From Octopus vulgaris (taxonomy: Eukaryota), in assembly GCA_951406725.2 (NCBI GenBank), contig OX597827.1:496001-560000 (forward strand): a DNA stretch of 64,000 bases, written 5' to 3'. Position 1 is the stretch's first letter. Each line of letters opens with the position of its first letter. Positions 26,766 to 41,100 of the stretch are shown in pieces. Made by a program: the position numbers and the translations under genes. Below the pieces are notes generated by a model. It was not told the origin of the DNA. It did no database searches and worked only from the letters and a program-made list of their open reading frames with translations.

Positions 26766-27509
26766 TATATATGTGCGCATATACATACGTATGTATATAT
26801 ATATATATATATATACACATTTGGGCACAGACGTCACGAACCGTGTACAACAAAAAATACGAAGTATGAGTACATGGAATATGAACTATTTTTTCGAACA
26901 ACGAAAGACACAAATGGAAAACAAGACAAACAACATAAAGAACGACACTTTATCAGTTGGCTGTTTTTCTACTCTCGTATTTCGAGCATTTAACAACAAT
27001 ATACGCTTTCGATAAAACAGTTGCTTCCGCAAAGCAAATTGAATAAAATTTGGGATTTTTCGGAGGGTCAAAATTGGTAACACAAATAGGACAGTGAAAA
27101 CAAACAGGAAGGGCCGCTAAGCCTAAACGAGGTCGAGGTGGCGAACGCGTAAATTAAACTTGGACAGGAGACAGACATAAACGCGCCTTCCTTGTTCCAG
27201 CTACAACGGAGGGAAAGAAAGAAAGAAACAAAAGTTAGGAGAAGAAAGAAATATGGCCGATGGTCACGTGGGAGCCACGTGAGAAAAGGAGGAGGAGTGA
27301 GGGAGAGAGAGTGACAGAGTAATAGGATAGAAGAGTGGAGGAAGAGGAGGTAAAAGAATAAGAGAGAGAAAGAGTGGTAAAAACCTAGTATTTTGGGGGA
27401 ACTAAATTCCCTTAAAACAATAGGTGCATATAAAGCATAAAGTTTATAATCATTTAAAAAAAGAAAAGAAAAGAAATGGAGATAAGGAAGTTAATAATTG
27501 TTTATTATT

Positions 27510-27830
27510 AACAAATTGATCATCTTCGCTTCTTACAGCCGTTTTAATTAATACTCAATAATTTAATTACAAATTTGTACCTTAAATTTACATTTATGTG
27601 AGATGAGTATAATTTCATCAGAGGAAAAAAGATGTACCTTTGGATGTACCTTTCAGCAGACACTACTGAAATGAATTGTTAAACGCACATATAACATCAG
27701 AAGGTACATCTTTTTAACTCTGATGAAATTATACTTATGTCACATAAATGTAAATTTAATATACAAATTTGTAATTAAATTATTGAGTATTAATTAAAAC
27801 GGCCTTAAAAGCGAAAATGACCAATTTGTT
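27510..27830. repeat. Fold-back inverted repeat (arms about 27510-27647 and 27694-27830), each arm with a hammerhead-like motif
   Basis: Arms are reverse complements with scattered mismatches. Each reads CTGATGA-long AT-rich stem-AAAAC-ggcy-(g/t)TA. Confidence 0.85.
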
Positions 27831-27879
27831 TATTTGTATTGCTTTTACGTCCTGTACTTGTTACATTTTTTTCTTTCCT

Positions 27880-28655
27880 TGTGAATAGGGTGGGTGGGTT
27901 AACGAGGTGATGCCATTTTTGGTCAAAAACTGTCTGACACCCAAGGCGGCGGTCGCAGGGGTCGCAGGAGGAACCGTCACTCTCCACTTTGCCACAGGTC
28001 GTGGCGCTTTTGTGTTACTGCGTCTCGCAAACTTCAGAACTGCCAAGTAAAATATCTAGTTAACAGTTTGACCAGGAGGAACAAATTCTGTGTGGGGACA
28101 ATTCCTTTTGCATTGATGAAACAAATCAGCATCATTTTGACACTGGACTTCACTTGACGTGCTTTTGTGGGCTGTGGTAACATTGAATGCTTCCATTGAC
28201 TTGATTGCTGCTTCGTTTCCGAGTTGTAGCCACAGCAGTAACTTTCGTCACCAGTGATGACCTTCGAAAAAAGGTCCAGATCAACTTCTAACTCTTCTTT
28301 CAGTTCTTGACACGCATTCAGTCATGACTGCTTTTGATCTTCTGTGAGCAAGTGAGGCACAAATTTTGCTGCAACTCTTTTCATTCGCAATTCCTCGCTC
28401 AAAATTCTTTGGCAGAAGCTCCAGGACACACCAGTCATATCAACATGTTCCTCTATTGTTCCACGATGGTCCTCCAAGATCAGTTCATGTATTTTTGTGA
28501 TGTTTTCATTCGTTCGGGAGGTCGACGGTCGTCCTAAACGAGGCTGGTCTTCAAGCGACAAGCGACCATTCCTAAAGCGTGAAAACTACTCGTAAACTTG
28601 TGTATTGCTGATGGCAGCGTCCTTGTAAGCTGTTAGAAGAATAAGAACCGTTTCG
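27880..28655 (-). mobile_element. Mariner-like transposase remnant with internal deletion
   Basis: Reads SLEDQPRLGRPSTS, VAAKFVPHLLT (WVPHEL-like), ITGDES and LTHPPYS. Confidence 0.88.
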
Positions 28656-28679
28656 ACCGCCGAGGGTGCCACTTGATAT

Positions 28680-29012
28680 GATCAACGGAATAGCCTGCTC
28701 GTGAAATTAACGTGCAAGTAGCCGAGCGCTCCATAGACACGTATACCCTTGACATAGTTCTCGGGGCTATTCAGCGTGACACAGAGTGTGACGAGGCTAG
28801 CCCTTTAAAATACAGGTACAACAGAAACAGGAAGAAAGAGTGAAAGTTGTGGTGAAAGAATACAGCAGAGTTCATCACCACCCCCTACCGGAACCTGGTG
28901 GAACTTTAGGTGTTTTCGCTCAATAAACGCTCACAACGCCCGGTCTGGGAATCGAAACCGCGTTCCTATGACTGCGAGTCCGCTGCTCTAACCAATGGGC
29001 CACTGCGCCTCC
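28680..29012 (-). mobile_element. SINE family C variant with a different head
   Basis: Shares its 3' body with 11410-11693 and has a tRNA-like head. Confidence 0.8.
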
Positions 29013-30073
29013 ACATACTCGCACACACACACACACATATGTCTGTGCTTCTGTCTAAATAAATTCACTCGTAAAACGCCTGTCTCTGTGTCTGTGTGTC
29101 CGCACTCTCACATGTATTCATATATTCTTGTACAGGCTTCAGCCTTCTGGCTTTGGTCGTGCTCGCCTGAATAATTATGTATTTCGGCATTTCTCTATAA
29201 GTTGTGTGTGTGTGTTTGCATATGTGTTCTGCCTCTCTAAGTTGTATACATTTGTACATATGTGTATGTAGATGTGTGTGTGTGTGTGCGTGTGTGTTTG
29301 TGCGTGCGTTGTTGTATGAGTGCATGTGTGCTTTTGTTTTCTGTGTGCGTGTGTATCTGTGCTTATGAGTTCTTTCTATGTGAATTAATTCTGTGCTTGT
29401 ATCCGTACGAGTTTGTGCGTGTGTGTGTTTCTGTGCGTGATTTCTGTTTGTATGTCTGTATGCTTATGTATATGTGTGTGTGTGCGCGCGCGCGCGTTTG
29501 CTTTTGTGAATTCAATGTGTATGAGTTTTCTGAGTTCAAATTCTGTCGGAGTCGACTTTGACTCTCATCCTTTCGGAGTCGATTAAATAAGAACCAATCA
29601 ATTACTAGGGCCAGCGCAATAAATCCACCCCACCCACCCCTCAAAAACTGCTGGCTCTGTGCCAAAATATGAAACCTCTGCTATACAATATTCAGTTCTG
29701 TTAGCGTACGTGTGTGAGGGCGGACGTGTGTACGAAATACAACCAGGCATCACTCGTGACAGAGTATTGCTACGTAGTAGGTAGCATGCTTTCATCGTAT
29801 CAGGACAATTATCTCGCTAGGACAATTACTGCCCTTGGTTAATTAGCCCCTCTCCAATATATTAAGAAGTTTTAAATCATCATCTGTTGGCCTTAGGAGT
29901 AAGTGTCCTTGTGTGTGTGTGTGTGTGTGGCGGGATGTTATTGTTTATGGAAAGTAAATGTCCTAGACTTGCTTTCACTAAGTGTTTTAGCTGCGTACGT
30001 GATGCTGAAGAAGATATAGAACCACTTTCGTTCCCTCTTACTCAACTGTAATTCAATATGTGTCAGGTGGCTG

Positions 30074-30129
<56 letters not shown>

Positions 30130-30603
30130 ACTGGAGTAACGTGAAATAAAGTCTCTTGCTCAAGAACATAATACACAGCCCGGTCCGGGAATCGAACTCA
30201 TTACCTCATTATTGTGAGCCCGACGCTATAACCACTGAGCCATGCGCATTCACTGATAGTAACATTTTAATATACCAATAGTGGTAGGATTTAATTTAAC
30301 TTTCGTACCTATCCTCACCTATGGTCAGCGGACGAGTACAACATGAAATGCAACGCCTTGGTCAAGAACACAACGCACCGCCAAACAAACACTTTTGATG
30401 ATTTACCGAACACCGAAACCACTGAGTGGCGCATTCCACCGTTATGTATGTATGTATGTATGTATGTATGTATGTATATATGTATGTATGTGTGTATGTA
30501 TGTGTGTATGTTTATTTGCATGCATGTATGGTATATATACATGTGCATGTATTTATGTATGATATGTATATGTGTATGTACGTAGGTGATTGTCTGTGTA
30601 TGC

Positions 30604-30659
<56 letters not shown>

Positions 30660-30701
30660 CAATAGTAATTCTCTAAATGAGATATAGACAGTAACTGCTC
30701 C

Positions 30702-31316
30702 ATAACATAAGGGACTAAAGCCATCTGAATATGGTTAGGGACAGGGCAGGGTGGTGGGGGTGTTACTGTTGCATTTAGCCCCAGGCGAACATCAACGTCG
30801 CCAGATATTTGACACCATCACGGTGTCCTTTAACCTGCAAGGGGAGATAATTCCCCGATGAAGCGGAAACCACACACGGACCATGGTTTCAAGGTGTATT
30901 GCCTATCGTCAATGTGTGGTAGGCCACCGCTTCCTCGACGAAATCTCACTCTGCAGGATATTCATATATAGATTTTCAAGCAAAATACATTTGCTGATTG
31001 TCGAACAGATTTTCGAAATCAGCAAATGTATTTTGCTTGAAAATCTATATATGAATATCCTGCAGAATGAGATTTCGTCGAGGAAGCGGGGGCCTACCAC
31101 ACGTTGATGATAGGCAATACACCTTGAAACCATGGTCCGTGTGTGGTTTCCGCTTCATCGGGGAATTATCTCCCTTTGCAGGTTAAAGGACACCGTGATG
31201 GTGTCAAGCCTATCTGGCGACGTTGATGTTCGCCTGGGGCTAAATGCAACAGTAACACCCGCACCACCCTGCCCTGTCCCTAGCCATATTCAGATGGCTT
31301 TAGTCCCTTATGTTAT
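30702..31316. repeat. Near-perfect 615-bp palindrome (two arms of about 304 bp, 6-nt loop) embedded between (TA)n arrays
   Basis: 30702-31005 is the reverse complement of 31012-31316, with about 10 differences; the mirror ORFs 30883..31107(+) and 30909..31133(-) confirm the symmetry. Confidence 0.97.
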
Positions 31317-31800
31317 ATATATATATATATACATATATATTTTTTGTATGTATGTATGTATGTATGTATGTATGCATGTATGTATGTATGTATGTATGTA
31401 TGTATGTATGTATGTATGTATATTTGAAATGAACAGCTTTGTCACACTGTCAAACTAAATCACTCTGAGTGATTAAGAGTGTAAAGTGTGTGTGTGGAAT
31501 ATCCAGCCACCTACACTACATTACAGAAGAGTATATAACTCAGTCGATCCAATAGCTGAAAGTCAACAGTCGATACCGACGGAAACCCCTTTACGCCTTT
31601 TACTCTTTGCGTGAGTGAGCATGGTGTATAGTTAAATATTGCTATTGTGTGTATGTGTGTGTGTGTGTGTGCAAGTGTGTGTGTGCGTATATGTGTGTGT
31701 ATATATATATGCGCGCGCGTGTGTGTGTGTGTCTGTGTGTGTCGGTGTTTGTGTGTATAAGGGAGTATGATGTATGGTTGTATCTTGCATATGTTCATAT

Positions 31801-31834
<34 letters not shown>

Positions 31835-32529
31835 ACGCGTGTGACTGGACTACACGTAGTCGTCTGAGCGACTCTCAATTTAACGTAAGTCTTCATCAGG
31901 AATAACCTGGAGCAATATAACCACCACAGCCGTCAACACCATGACCACCAAACACTACACCCTAACCCCAACCACGCCCACTACCACCATCACTACCACC
32001 ACCACTACCACCATCACTACCACCACCACTACCACCATCACTACCACCACCACTACCACCATCCCACCACTATTACTACCAGGTTTATATTTTCTGAGGA
32101 GAATGTATTTAGAAGATAGTATGTTGTGATGTGTCCATTTTGCTGCTATGTCTAGCATGTTTGGTGTCTGCATCAGAGACAAGTCCTCGGCTCGTAAGGC
32201 CGCTTATGTTGTTATGCTCCCGGCCTTTCTCATCATATCTTTTATTCAAACATATAATGTATCCAGGATTCCATTATCCAGTGTGTCTTTTATTGTTTTT
32301 CTTTGAAGTAGTTAGGATGTGTGATTTGAGGGCTATTTATCTGCTATTTCTAATGGGAAATAGCCGCAGAGGAACTTCTTCGCTGCCTGGTAAAAGCATA
32401 AATTTGTAGTGTAGTGTATTAAAATGTTACCACCAGTGATCGCTCATTGTCTAACACGTGTTGGCACGTAGCAACAGTAGGTTCCAACATGCTAGACAAC
32501 GAGCGAGCCCTGACAGTAAAGGGTGAAAA

Positions 32530-32860
32530 CCCCACTTCGGTCATGAATGACCATGGGATTGCACCTTGAGAGTTGCCCTCCGAGGCACAAGTCCGGGCAT
32601 GGTTGTTCATGGAAGACCAGTAGTTACCCATGCATACCAGCCTCCCCTCGCCACACCACCGGTGTTGTCCAGGGGAAGGCAAAGGGGCCGATACAGCCTG
32701 GCACCAGTGACGTCACAACTCATTTCTACAGCTGAGTGAACTGGAGTAACGTGAAACAAAGTCTCTTGCTCAAGAACACAACACACAGCCAGTCCGGGAA
32801 TCGAACTCATTACCTCATTGTTGTGAGCCCGACGCTCTAACAACTGAGCCATGCGCATTC
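32530..32860 (-). mobile_element. SINE family C
   Basis: Reverse complement of 5863-6180. Confidence 0.88.
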
Positions 32861-32911
32861 ACTGATAGTAACATTTTAATATACCAATAGTGGTAGGATT
32901 TAATTTAATTA

Positions 32912-33400
32912 TCGTACCTATCCTCACCTATGGTCATGAATGGTGGGAAATGACTAAAAGTGTACAACTGCGAATACATGCGGCTAAAATGGGGTTCCTC
33001 TGAAGGATCTTTGGAATCACATTACTCGACATGGTGTATAGATCGGAGATTAGGGTGTCTTTCCAGATCGTGCCGCTACTTTCAGTCATTGAGAAGTCAC
33101 TGCTTATGGTACAACACAACGGACATGTGACTATAATGCCGCAGGAAAGAAACGCAAGAGGGATTTTCAAAGCCGAGCCAGCACGAGGGAGACTTAAGGG
33201 TAGACTTAAGGGTAGACTTAAGAATGAGATGGATGGATAATATTTATGGTCTCAGTTGGTTACACTTGGGAATCCAGCTTGAAAGTTTAATGTTGGTTGC
33301 GTATGATATGACCTCATGGAGGAGGTACATGAAGACGTCACATCCACGATCCTCCCAAGAATAGTGGGCGGAGAAGATGGATAAATGGGTGGGTGTATGG
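32912..33400 (+). mobile_element. RTE-like LINE 3' end remnant
   Basis: Reads VPILTYGHEWW..IHAAKMGFL*RI.G.TLLD..RSEIR..GHV..MP.ER..GR, typical of the RTE ORF C-terminus. Confidence 0.8.
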
Positions 33401-34086
33401 ATAGGGTCTGTGTTGGTCATTGATGCATTGTGTAGCCTGGATAGGAGTTTTTGAGGAAGACGGTTGCATACGGTCTCTCCTCCTAACACCACTGACATTC
33501 ATCCAAGGTAAAGGCCGCTAATTTGGGCCGATCTAGTATTGAACCAGTGGCGTCGCACGCATAGCAGCAGGAATACAAAAGGGCGGGAACAAATACCGTA
33601 AGGCATCTCTTCCAATCCCTCTAGCGTGGGAGTATTCTATCAAGTATTGTCTATAATCCAATATTTACGCGTTACTATTTATAGCTTTATCTGTTTCGAG
33701 ATTCACCAATCCACAAACAGAATTATTTCACGTTCTCCCAAAAGTCAACAACATACAATTCTCGCTGGTAAGAATAAAATTTCTAAAACGAATTGGCAGA
33801 CACGCTAAGAGTGACCTAATATGCATATATACATATACGTATATACATATATCTATAGACATATATACATGCACACACATATGCATACGCACACATACGC
33901 GCGCGTGCACACACACTCACACATGAGTGTGTGCGCGTGTTCGTATGAGTGTGAATTTGTATACAAATGTAAACTCATCACATTGAACAAGAAACAAAAA
34001 GAAACGATTCAACATTAAAAAAAGAATGTCAAAATATTTTTTCATTCCAGCCGAAACAGCAAATATCGTGGAACTGATTAAGATAA

Positions 34087-34425
34087 GGCGACGAGCTGGC
34101 AGAAACGTCACGCACTGGGGTCGATGTAATCGACTAAATCCTTTTGTCTGTCCTTGTTTGTCCCCTCTATGTTTAGCCCCTTGTGGGCAATAAAGAAATA
34201 ATAATTATTATTAAGGCGGCGAGCTGGCAGAATCGTTAGCACAGCGGGCGAAATGCTTAGCGGCATTTCGCCCGTCGATACGTTCTGAGTTCAAATTCCG
34301 GCAAGGTCGACTTTGCCTGTCATCCTTTCGGGGTCGATGAAATAAGTGCTAATTGAGCAGTGGGGTCGAGGTAGTCGACTCATCCCCTTACCCCCACTTC
34401 AGGCCTTCTGCCTATCGTAGAAAGA

Positions 34426-34430
<5 letters not shown>
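34087..34430 (+). mobile_element. Two SINE family A copies (the first internally deleted), followed by (ATT)n
   Basis: Family A motif. Confidence 0.88.
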
Positions 34431-34466
<36 letters not shown>

Positions 34467-34667
34467 TATTATTATTATTATTATTATTGAATTATGTATT
34501 TGATAATTTATTTGAAAATACATCCAACTGAATATATGTTTATATATTTGAAATTATATTTATATATGCAATAAATGAAATTCTTTCTTTTTGTTTTCGA
34601 TTCAAATATCGTTCGGATATCGGAGACGTGAAACTCGATCACGAAATTTGAAGCTTCAGCTTTAACA

Positions 34668-34700
<33 letters not shown>

Positions 34701-34732
34701 TTCTATATATACATACATATATTTATACGCAT

Positions 34733-34793
<61 letters not shown>

Positions 34794-34999
34794 TGTGTCT
34801 GTGTATCTGTGTATATACGATGCACAGTTTCTCTCATTCGCAAAGTAATGGAACCCAGAACTTTATGGTTGCAAAGCGAACCTCTCATCATATAAAAGAA
34901 ACTGAAGACCTAGAGGGCGGCGGGCAATAATTAAATACCACAAGGCATTGTTTGTCTAGCAATCTGTCATTCCTGTCTTTCGCAGTGTTAACAATAATG

Positions 35000-35775
35000 G
35001 TATGAAATGTAGGCACAGGGCCAACGATTTTCGAGGAGCAGTTAGTAGATACCATTAACACCTGTGCTTGGCTGGTACTTATTTTATTGACCCCGGAAGG
35101 ATGAAAAGCAACCTCGGCCACTGCGAATTTGAACTCAGAACGTAGAGAGTCGGAAGAATACTGCAAGGATAATCTACCGTCCAACATAGGTAGAAGGGGT
35201 GAACCTTGTCGGAGATGTTTAGTCCATTAAATTAATCCCCAGTACTTGAAGAGTCCTTTGTTTTATTAACCCCGGAAGGATGAAAGATAAACTTAACCTC
35301 AGCGGGATTTGAACTCAGAACGTAAAGACGTAAGAAATACCGCAATTTCAATCTTCTCTTCAGCATAGACAAAAAGCCTGAAGTTTTGGTCTGTGGGTTA
35401 ATTGACTAAATTAACCCCATACGTTGACCAGTACTTTGTTTTATCGACTCCGAAAGAATGAAAAGCAAAGCTGACCACAGTAGGATCTGAACTCGGAACG
35501 TAAAGAGCCGGAACAAATACAGAAAAGGCAAACTACCGTAACACAAGCGCAAGGTCAGAAATTTGGAAGAGTGGATTAGTCGATTAAATTAATCTCAGTA
35601 TTTGGCTGGTACTTTATTTTATCGATCCCTGGAGGGATGAAAGGTGAAGTTGACTTCGCCTTGATTTGAACTCGGAACGTAAAGAACGGTAATTATATAT
35701 CGCAAAGCGTTGGGTGTATTCTCGATTAAATCGATCCAGTAATTGGCCGGTAGTTATAGGTATTTTATTAACCTT
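35000..35775 (-). mobile_element. Tandem array of four or five diverged, head-truncated SINE A units (period about 180 bp)
   Basis: ggatgaaa...tttgaactc(a/g)gaacgta recurs near 35130, 35310, 35490 and 35668. Confidence 0.75.
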
Positions 35776-35923
35776 GTGGACACCCCGCCCCGAACACACA
35801 GACACAGAAATACTCACACGACGTATATGTATTATCGATTTCGGAGAGCTGCTGGTGCTGATGGTGGTAGTTGTGGTGGTGGTGTTCCTCCTCCTCCTCC
35901 TCCTCCTCCTCCTCCTCCTCCTC

Positions 35924-35971
<48 letters not shown>

Positions 35972-36139
35972 TCTACATATATAAATAAACAGATGGATAA
36001 ATAAAATAATTTCTTACGCAAGAAATTGTAACACAAGACCCTCATATTTGTGAGGGAGGGCTGGAGCGAGGAAGGGTGGAAGAGAGGAAGGAAGGTTGTA
36101 TCGTAGATCGAACCTTTAACCTCTTCCCTACCCATCTCA

Positions 36140-37445
<1,306 letters not shown>

Positions 37446-37725
37446 TACATATACATAGATACGAACACGTAAACACATACCCACATAAATACACACACAC
37501 ACACACCAACCTGCCTAAATGGATAATCAAACATAGACAAATACACGTATACACATACATTTACATACATACACTCATGCACAAATACACACACACAAAC
37601 ATACACACACATACATACACATACACACTCACGTCTACACACATACACGCATATACACCTGTGCATATGTATTTATGTAAATGTTGACACCGTTGCGCAT
37701 TCGTACATAAGCACTCACACACACA

Positions 37726-37773
<48 letters not shown>

Positions 37774-38145
37774 AATTCATTCACAAGCATATACTCACAA
37801 CCCCACCCTTACAGACTCATGCTCAAACATACACGTATACATAGGTGCACAAACATAAACACACACACACATATATAAAAAAGGTTACGCACACGCACAC
37901 CTATACGCATAATCATACAGACGCACGCGCATACATACGCAGAAATACACACACACGCACATAGGCATGCACACACACACACATATATGCATTCAAGGCA
38001 CATACTTGGGTGTGCTCGCCGCACTCACGCATACACACACACACACACATATAGTCGTATTCGTATACGCATACACATACATATATACGCGTGTTCATAA
38101 CCATAACCACACCGACTACCGGTGGGCGGGGATTTGAAATGAAGA

Positions 38146-38185
<40 letters not shown>

Positions 38186-38769
38186 TGTGTGTGTGTGTGC
38201 GTGCGTGTGCGTGAATGCATGTGTATGTATGTGATTGTGTGAGTAAACGTGAATGTGAGCGTGTGTTCGTATTTGAGTACGTTTCTGCGCGCTTCTGCAT
38301 ACTGATATATATATACACCTGTATATACACCTGCATAAATATGTGTGCGTGTGTATGTGTGTGTATACATATGGTATGTAAATATATATATATATACGTA
38401 TATATATATATGTATGTGTACGTATACATTTATTTATATGTACATATGTGTATGTGTAAGAGTGTGTTTAAGAATTTTTTAAGAGGGTGGATGTAATTTG
38501 AAGAAGATTCAGCTGTTACTTTAAGCATATCAAGAAATTGCGTAAAACCCCACTCCTGCATCTGGTTTTCTTATACTATAACTAGTTACTATATCCCGAA
38601 GTTCACACAGATCAAAAGACTTTCCAAATGTGACCATTTCATCTTTTTTCTTTTTTGAATTGCTAAAAAAAATAAAAATCAAGGTTTCTTTATCTGAAGA
38701 AATTATTGTGATTTGAGGGAGATTTAGTTGTTATTTCTACCAAATTTATATTTTGGTGGTGGTGGTGGT

Positions 38770-39135
38770 TAAAGCAAGTTCATAGCGGTGATAGAGAGAC
38801 GGCGGTTAAAGGCAGCCAGCGCCAAGTCACTGACACAGGAGCCTCAAACATAGCTTTGTCACACAACGAGCGTTAACAATAACAACAATAACAAACGGCC
38901 ACAAACAGCAGAAGAGAACAAACCGAGCGCTTCATAATAACAACATCAAGAACGGCGTGAGCGGCGGCGGCGGACGGCGGACGGCGGCGGCGGATGGATA
39001 GGTTTTAGTTCGACAGGAGAGAAGCAGAAAGGAAATCAGCGCCGGACCCAACGCAACGCAAAGCGAAAGCAGCACCAGTCGCTTAGACAAACGCTGGCTC
39101 TATGAGAGCAGGATACAGCACGAAGAGAAGTTATA
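38770..39135. promoter_or_regulatory. CpG/GC-rich unique segment, candidate promoter, 5' UTR or enhancer
   Basis: Locally GC-rich and CpG-dense (ggcggcggcggacggcggacggcgg), with no similarity to repeats in the window and no convincing ORF. Confidence 0.3.
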
Positions 39136-39304
39136 CGCAAACCTTATATACACATATATACACATATATATATTTATATATAAATTGCATACATATATGT
39201 CATGTAATATAATATATATATATATATTTACAAATATGTTATAAAATAACTAATACTATATACATACACACAAATCTTTCTCTGTTTATCTGTCAGTCTG
39301 TCCT

Positions 39305-39369
<65 letters not shown>

Positions 39370-40689
39370 GCATACATACATGCAAACAAGCGCACATATA
39401 TCACATCATTATACCATCAATATAACCACACATATATATTTTACTTTGATTTATCTGTATTGTATATCATAATTTATATATATATATATATATATATATA
39501 CATTATATGTAATACTATATATACAAATATATACATACACTACACACGCGCTTGTTTATACATATGCACGCAAGCGCGCACATGCATTCAACAGACGTGT
39601 TCAAAAAGAAGTTGGTTCGCGAAATACTTAACACCAACCAACGATATATACACACATAAAAAATATATATGTATATACACGCATAAATATACACAAATAT
39701 GTGTCTACACATTGAAATGTTTTGACACGTTCTCATTCTCTTAATCGCTTTTCTTTTTTATATTCATTCATTCCACTACTTTTGCATCTTCCTTCAGGCA
39801 CGCACCCACACCTACATATACATAAACACATATATGTATTTATATACAGCACACCTACGTACATACATATACACATACGTACGTACATAAATACTTATAC
39901 AATATCAAATACAAACGTACTTTCACTTTCACATAAACACATACGCAAACGTCAACACACACACACATCTTTCTCCTTCACACGCATGCACACGCACACG
40001 CACACATACAGATAAACGCAACACACAGACAAAATCACGCAGAAAAACTTCAAACCCTTAATAAGCATTAAAAAGTAAGAAAAAAACCCCCCAGCAAAGC
40101 ACCCGTAACAAAACACAAATAAAATACTCATACATACACGCATTCATACGTTCACATGCACATATATACACGCGTATATATACACAGTCATTTTGCCGTT
40201 ATACACTGATAAGAAAGAAAGAAAGAAAAAAGTAACACAAAGCAAAAAAAAAAAAGACAACTAACACAAACTTACAAACAAGTATATTCAAAACACACAC
40301 ACAGACACGCACATATGCACACTAATTTGTATATACATTTTCCTGTGCTTTTATATATGGTGTATACACACGTAGAACCAAAGTTACAAGACGGAATGGA
40401 TTTAACTTGTAAAAAGTAAGTAGCACCTTCTTAAATTCATTCCACACACTCTTAACTTACAAATTTTCTTTTCCTGCTTACCATACTTTAATAGTTCTAT
40501 ACCCGTCTGTTGTTCCATACATATATACCTGTTTGTTGCTCTCGCTCAATATATCTCTCCTTATATATGTTTGTTTCAAGCCTTTGTATTTATTTGTTAT
40601 TCCATACTGTCGTATCTGTTGTTCTACACCTTAGACTTGTTTGTTCTTCCATAAATTTATATTTGTTATTCCGTATTCTTGTAAATGTT

Positions 40690-41100
40690 AGCTGGACAGA
40701 CACGTTAGCACGCCGGGAGAAATGCTTAGCGGTATTTCGTCTGTCGTTACGTTGTGAGTTCAAATTCCGCTGAGGTCGACTTTGCCTTTCATCCTTTCGG
40801 GGTCGATAAATTAAGTACCAGTTACGCACTGGGGTCGCGATGTAATCGACTTAATACCTATGTCTGTCCTTGTTTGTCCCCTCTATGTTTAGCCCCTTGT
40901 GGGTAATAAAGAAATAGGTATTTCGTCTGTCGTTACGTTCTGAGTTCAAATTCCGCCGAGGTCGACTTTGCCTTTCATCCTGTCGAGGTCGATAAATTAA
41001 GTACCAGTTACGCACTGGGGTCGCGATGTAATCGACTTAATCCCTTTGTCTGTCCTTGTTTGTCCCCTCTATGTTTAGCCCCTTGTGAGCAAAAGAGAAA
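40690..41100 (+). mobile_element. Tandem SINE A dimer
   Basis: Two near-identical units about 189 bp apart, sharing the private variant ggggtcgcgatg. Confidence 0.9.

Noticed and set aside
26820-27330. Possible hammerhead on the minus strand (aagcgt..atgctcGAAATAC)
   Set aside because: No acceptable CUGANGA strand or UH site. It may be a decayed pLTR-like repeat, but this cannot be supported.
30850-30895. Canonical hammerhead at CCGATGAagcgGAAACCA..TGGTT
   Set aside because: No room for stem II and no stem I pairing; kept only as part of the speculative structured-arm finding.
30883-31133. Pair of near-identical 74-aa ORFs on opposite strands
   Set aside because: A direct consequence of the DNA palindrome, not a gene pair.
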